Source: Syntrophales bacterium (GTDB lineage: Bacteria; Desulfobacterota; Syntrophia; Syntrophales; UBA2210). Taken from it: a DNA stretch of 64,000 nt. The stretch lies in assembly GCA_963666365.2 (NCBI GenBank), contig CAXXNF010000001.1, positions 448,001 to 512,000 of the forward strand, read 5' to 3'. Of the stretch, positions 61,086 through 64,000 are shown one piece after another. The position numbers and the translations under genes are program-made. The notes beneath the pieces were generated by a model. It made no database searches. It saw nothing but the letters and a program-made list of their open reading frames with translations, and was not told the origin of the DNA. Numbering within the stretch: position 1 is the stretch's first letter; the number at the start of each line of letters is the position of its first letter.

Positions 61086-61736
61086 TTATTGAAGATTTTC
61101 CACCCACTGAAAGGCACAGCGGAGCAGTTCGTTGGCGTTTTTCAGGCTTAATTTCTCTTTAATGTGCGCGCGATGCGTTTCCACTGTCTTTATACTGACA
61201 TGCAATATTTCCGCAATTTCATGATTATTCACCCCCTGTCCGATCAATCGGAACACTTCGAATTCTCGACGGCTCAATTTGTCGACAAGCAGTGCATCCA
61301 AGGGTAATTTTTTACCGTAAATAGTGTCAAGCAACTGTTCGGCCATTGTATCGCTGAGATATATGGCGCCTCTGAACAGTTGTCTGATTGCTTTGATTAT
61401 TGAAGTCGTCGCATCGTGTTTGCTGACGTAGCCCATAGCACCCGCCTTCAAAGCCCGATCCACGAGCAATGAATCGGAATACATGGATAGCGCAAGGATA
61501 GGCACACCCGGGAAGGTACGTGAGATCTCAGCCATGAGTTCAATGCCGCTCTTTCCTTCGAGAGACACATCGACGATTACAAGATCCGGCATTACTGCGC
61601 CGATTGACCTCATGGCAGTCTCTGAATCATGAGCGCATCCGCACACATAAAGGTCGTCTTCCTGATTGAGCAACTGCTCCAATCCCTCACAGACAATAGG
61701 ATGGTCGTCTACAATATATATTTTCTTCTTACACAT
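61086..61736 (-). CDS. NarL/LuxR family response regulator
   Basis: IVDDHPIV receiver and LSRREFEVFRLIGQG...SIKTVETHR HTH; start placed at MCKKK. Confidence 0.93.
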   Translation of the reverse strand: MCKKKIYIVDDHPIVCEGLEQLLNQEDDLYVCGCAHDSETAMRSIGAVMPDLVIVDVSLEGKSGIELMAEISRTFPGVPILALSMYSDSLLVDRALKAGAMGYVSKHDATTSIIKAIRQLFRGAIYLSDTMAEQLLDTIYGKKLPLDALLVDKLSRREFEVFRLIGQGVNNHEIAEILHVSIKTVETHRAHIKEKLSLKNANELLRCAFQWVENLQ

Positions 61737-61800
61737 TGATGAAAGTCCTTTCATCAGTAAAAGTCGGATGAAACCGCCTGTGAAACTTTTGGCTAAGGCG

Positions 61801-63303
61801 TTATTTCCTGGGAATAGTGCACATGACGGTTGTTCCTCCTTCAGTGTTTTGCCGGACCAGCAACGCTGCATCGATCATACTCGCTCTGTACTCCATAATA
61901 TGCAAGCCTCTGCCGTCAAAAGATTTTTCGTCACGTGAAAAACCGATTCCGTCATCTATGATCGAAAGAATGATGCCGTCATATTCTTCAACCAGACTGA
62001 TGGAGATATGACGTGCCTCGCTGTGTTTGGCCGCATTGAGGGTTGCCTCCTGCGCAATGCGGTACAGCTGGTTTGCCGCTATAGTGTCCAAATCTATTTC
62101 GAAGCACGTTGAATTGACTGTACAAGGAATTCCGTAGGTATGGCTTATGGTGCAAGCCATTTCCTTCAGGACTGTCAACATGCTGCCGTGCTGCAAACTT
62201 GCAGGGACGAGTTCTTTTGTGAGGCGTCGTGTCGTATTAATGGCCTCGTTGATAAGACAGGTGAGTCTCTGAACATCACGCAATTCGGGCACAGATTGCC
62301 TCTCCAGCTGCTGCTCTATAGATTTGCTCTTCAAGGCTATCCCCGTGAGCAACTGGCCCAGCCCGTCATGGAGTTCCTGGCCTATTTCGCGTCTTTCTCT
62401 TTCGCTTATTCTCAGTATCCTTTTTTCCAGCTTCTTTTTTTCCGTGATGTCCCGCAGTATTCCCTGATACCCGACAATCTTACCGCTCGGATCGTACTTT
62501 ACGGACGATGTAAACAGACAATCTATCGGTGTACCGTCCGCCTTTCGTACTTTAGTCGGGTAATCTACAACTGATCTTTCTTCTTCCACGTCTTTTATAA
62601 ATTTTGTTTTCGCTTTGGACGGAACAATAAAATCCCAGGCATTAATGCAGTGCAGATCGTCTTTGTTGATACCGCAAAGAGTGAGACAGGCCTGATTCGC
62701 ATCAATGAATCCGCCTTCCTTGGTAAAAATTATTATGGCATCGCGCGAATCCTCAAAAAGCATCTTGTACTTTTCTTCACTCTCCTTGAGGTTGGCCAAA
62801 AGCTCGTTTTTCAATCTCTGTTCTTCAATGAGGGCCTGCTCGGCAACCTTCCTTTCGGTGATATCCGTATACACGCCGAGAATCATCTGCTCATCCTTGA
62901 GGGGATAGTAACGGACAGCCCAGTTTCTCCCAAGAAAAGCGCGATCTTTCAGCGTCACGGGATAACCGGTATTCATCGATTTCAGTGCAGGGCAGTCACT
63001 GCATGCTTCCGTTTTATTGTTGAACAGTTTGTAACAAGGTATCCCTTTCAACTGATCGGGATTCATTCCAAACTGTCGATTGACGGCCCTGTTGGTCCAT
63101 ATTATTTCATGGTTGCTGTTGGCCAGCACAACAAAATCAAACATTGCATCCAGAATCGCGGTTCTTTCCCTCGCGGTGCGGAAGAGGGTTTCCTCCACTT
63201 CCCTGTAGCGTACATTTATTTTTTCCAATTCTTCTATTCTTCGCGACGCTTCGGCAAGTGTATCGATACGCTGTTTTTTTGTCTTTGATTCGTAATGAAG
63301 CAT
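61801..63303 (-). CDS. PAS-domain histidine kinase (HisKA_3 type)
   Basis: Two PAS domains, ERREIGQELHDGLGQ, YRIAQEA, DDGIGF, GRGLHIM. Confidence 0.92.
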   Translation of the reverse strand: MLHYESKTKKQRIDTLAEASRRIEELEKINVRYREVEETLFRTARERTAILDAMFDFVVLANSNHEIIWTNRAVNRQFGMNPDQLKGIPCYKLFNNKTEACSDCPALKSMNTGYPVTLKDRAFLGRNWAVRYYPLKDEQMILGVYTDITERKVAEQALIEEQRLKNELLANLKESEEKYKMLFEDSRDAIIIFTKEGGFIDANQACLTLCGINKDDLHCINAWDFIVPSKAKTKFIKDVEEERSVVDYPTKVRKADGTPIDCLFTSSVKYDPSGKIVGYQGILRDITEKKKLEKRILRISERERREIGQELHDGLGQLLTGIALKSKSIEQQLERQSVPELRDVQRLTCLINEAINTTRRLTKELVPASLQHGSMLTVLKEMACTISHTYGIPCTVNSTCFEIDLDTIAANQLYRIAQEATLNAAKHSEARHISISLVEEYDGIILSIIDDGIGFSRDEKSFDGRGLHIMEYRASMIDAALLVRQNTEGGTTVMCTIPRK

Positions 63304-63404
63304 TGCGTGTAACCTGCCTGTGGTATCGGCAAGCGAATAATCCGCCGGATTGAGTGCAAGAATTACGCATTCACTCTCAGTGACACGGTCTGTCGGCTTC
63401 TCAC

Positions 63405-63926
63405 TCAGTCCGCCACCAAGGCCGCTATAATCTCCTGTATGACGACGTCCGCCTTTGCCCGCATTTCACCGTCAGTCGCATCCTGAATCGGATGCTCGAC
63501 CAAAACAAAAGGCGCTTCTTCAAGGCCAAAGGCCTTTGCCTGGGTCAGCGCGGCATTCCCGAATTCGGATGAGGCGATTGTCACCGCCGGGATTCCCTGT
63601 GTCTCAAACCATACTGTGTCATGCAAACTGCATGTGGTACAGGAGCCTCAGTCGGCCAGCGCTTCAATGACGGCATCCGTTTCGGTTTTGATTGTTTGTC
63701 GGAGCGCCTCCGGAGCAGGCTTGGCAAAGGTCGGCTTGGCATATCGCCTTACTTCAATGCCGGGAATTCGTTCTTGCAAGCGGACCGCCAGTTGATCGAG
63801 CAGCACACTGCCCCGTGGTTTTGTGATATCAAGCAGGCCGACAACCCCTTTCAGCTCCTGTGCGCGGGCGGCAAGGGTACGCCGCACCGGCACGCGTTCG
63901 TCAGTCGGATCCAGAATTATAGTCAT
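63405..63926 (-). CDS. UGSC-family selenoprotein (Sec at codon 93)
   Basis: ORF 63648-63926 (...DAVIEALAD) reads through TGA(63650-63648) into GSCTTCSLHDTVWFETQGIP, in frame with ORF 63405-63626. Confidence 0.92.
63620..63634 (-). promoter_or_regulatory. Putative SECIS of the UGSC gene
   Basis: Perfect CATGCA-GTT-TGCATG hairpin; loop G lies 20 nt after the UGA. Confidence 0.7.
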
Positions 63927-63929
63927 CCG

Positions 63930-64000
63930 TCACATTACCTCCTCGATTTTTCGGGAAACGGGGACAGATCCCACCGCACCCCCAACCCAGCCGTGGAAAA
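63930..64000 (-). CDS. 3' end of the upstream gene (partial), probable UGSC operon partner
   Basis: Open frame ...FHGWVGGAVGSVPVSRKIEEVM-stop ends 3 bp before the UGSC start and contains its GAGGAGG RBS. Confidence 0.55.
   Translation of the reverse strand, partial: FHGWVGGAVGSVPVSRKIEEVM

Overview
Bacterial chromosomal window whose gene content and order suggest an anaerobic deltaproteobacterium (Desulfobacterota, Syntrophales-like; inference). Bases 1-47.7 kb are mostly core genes: selB-fdhD-yhaM, two tandem propionyl-CoA synthetases, yggS-maf-yjbQ, pilD, argS, the ffh-rpsP-khpA-rimM-trmD-rplS-rnhB-yraN-rsmI cluster, ctpA, tol-pal, a diguanylate cyclase, thrC, a selenium-type LysR facing selD, Mla-type ABC genes, two Ddl paralogs, an alanine racemase with a long extra C-terminal domain, and a CHASE2 adenylate cyclase. 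After tRNA-Thr(CGT) at 47715-47790 comes an accessory mosaic: an 88-bp att-like duplication, gene remnants, small proteins, signalling genes and acyl-CoA genes. Main observations: (1) three genes that the ORF track splits at an in-frame TGA are very probably selenoproteins (SelD, a UxxC peroxiredoxin-like protein, a UGSC-family protein), each with a SECIS-like hairpin, two sharing a GCAGTT apex; (2) a cyclase / Alr-fusion / paired divergent Ddl cluster; (3) a decayed DUF1566 gene whose 3' end looks like a DGR variable region; (4) an integrase-less mini-island at the tRNA. No CRISPR array, rRNA, integrase or intact transposase was seen. All calls come from motif recognition; no database search was run.
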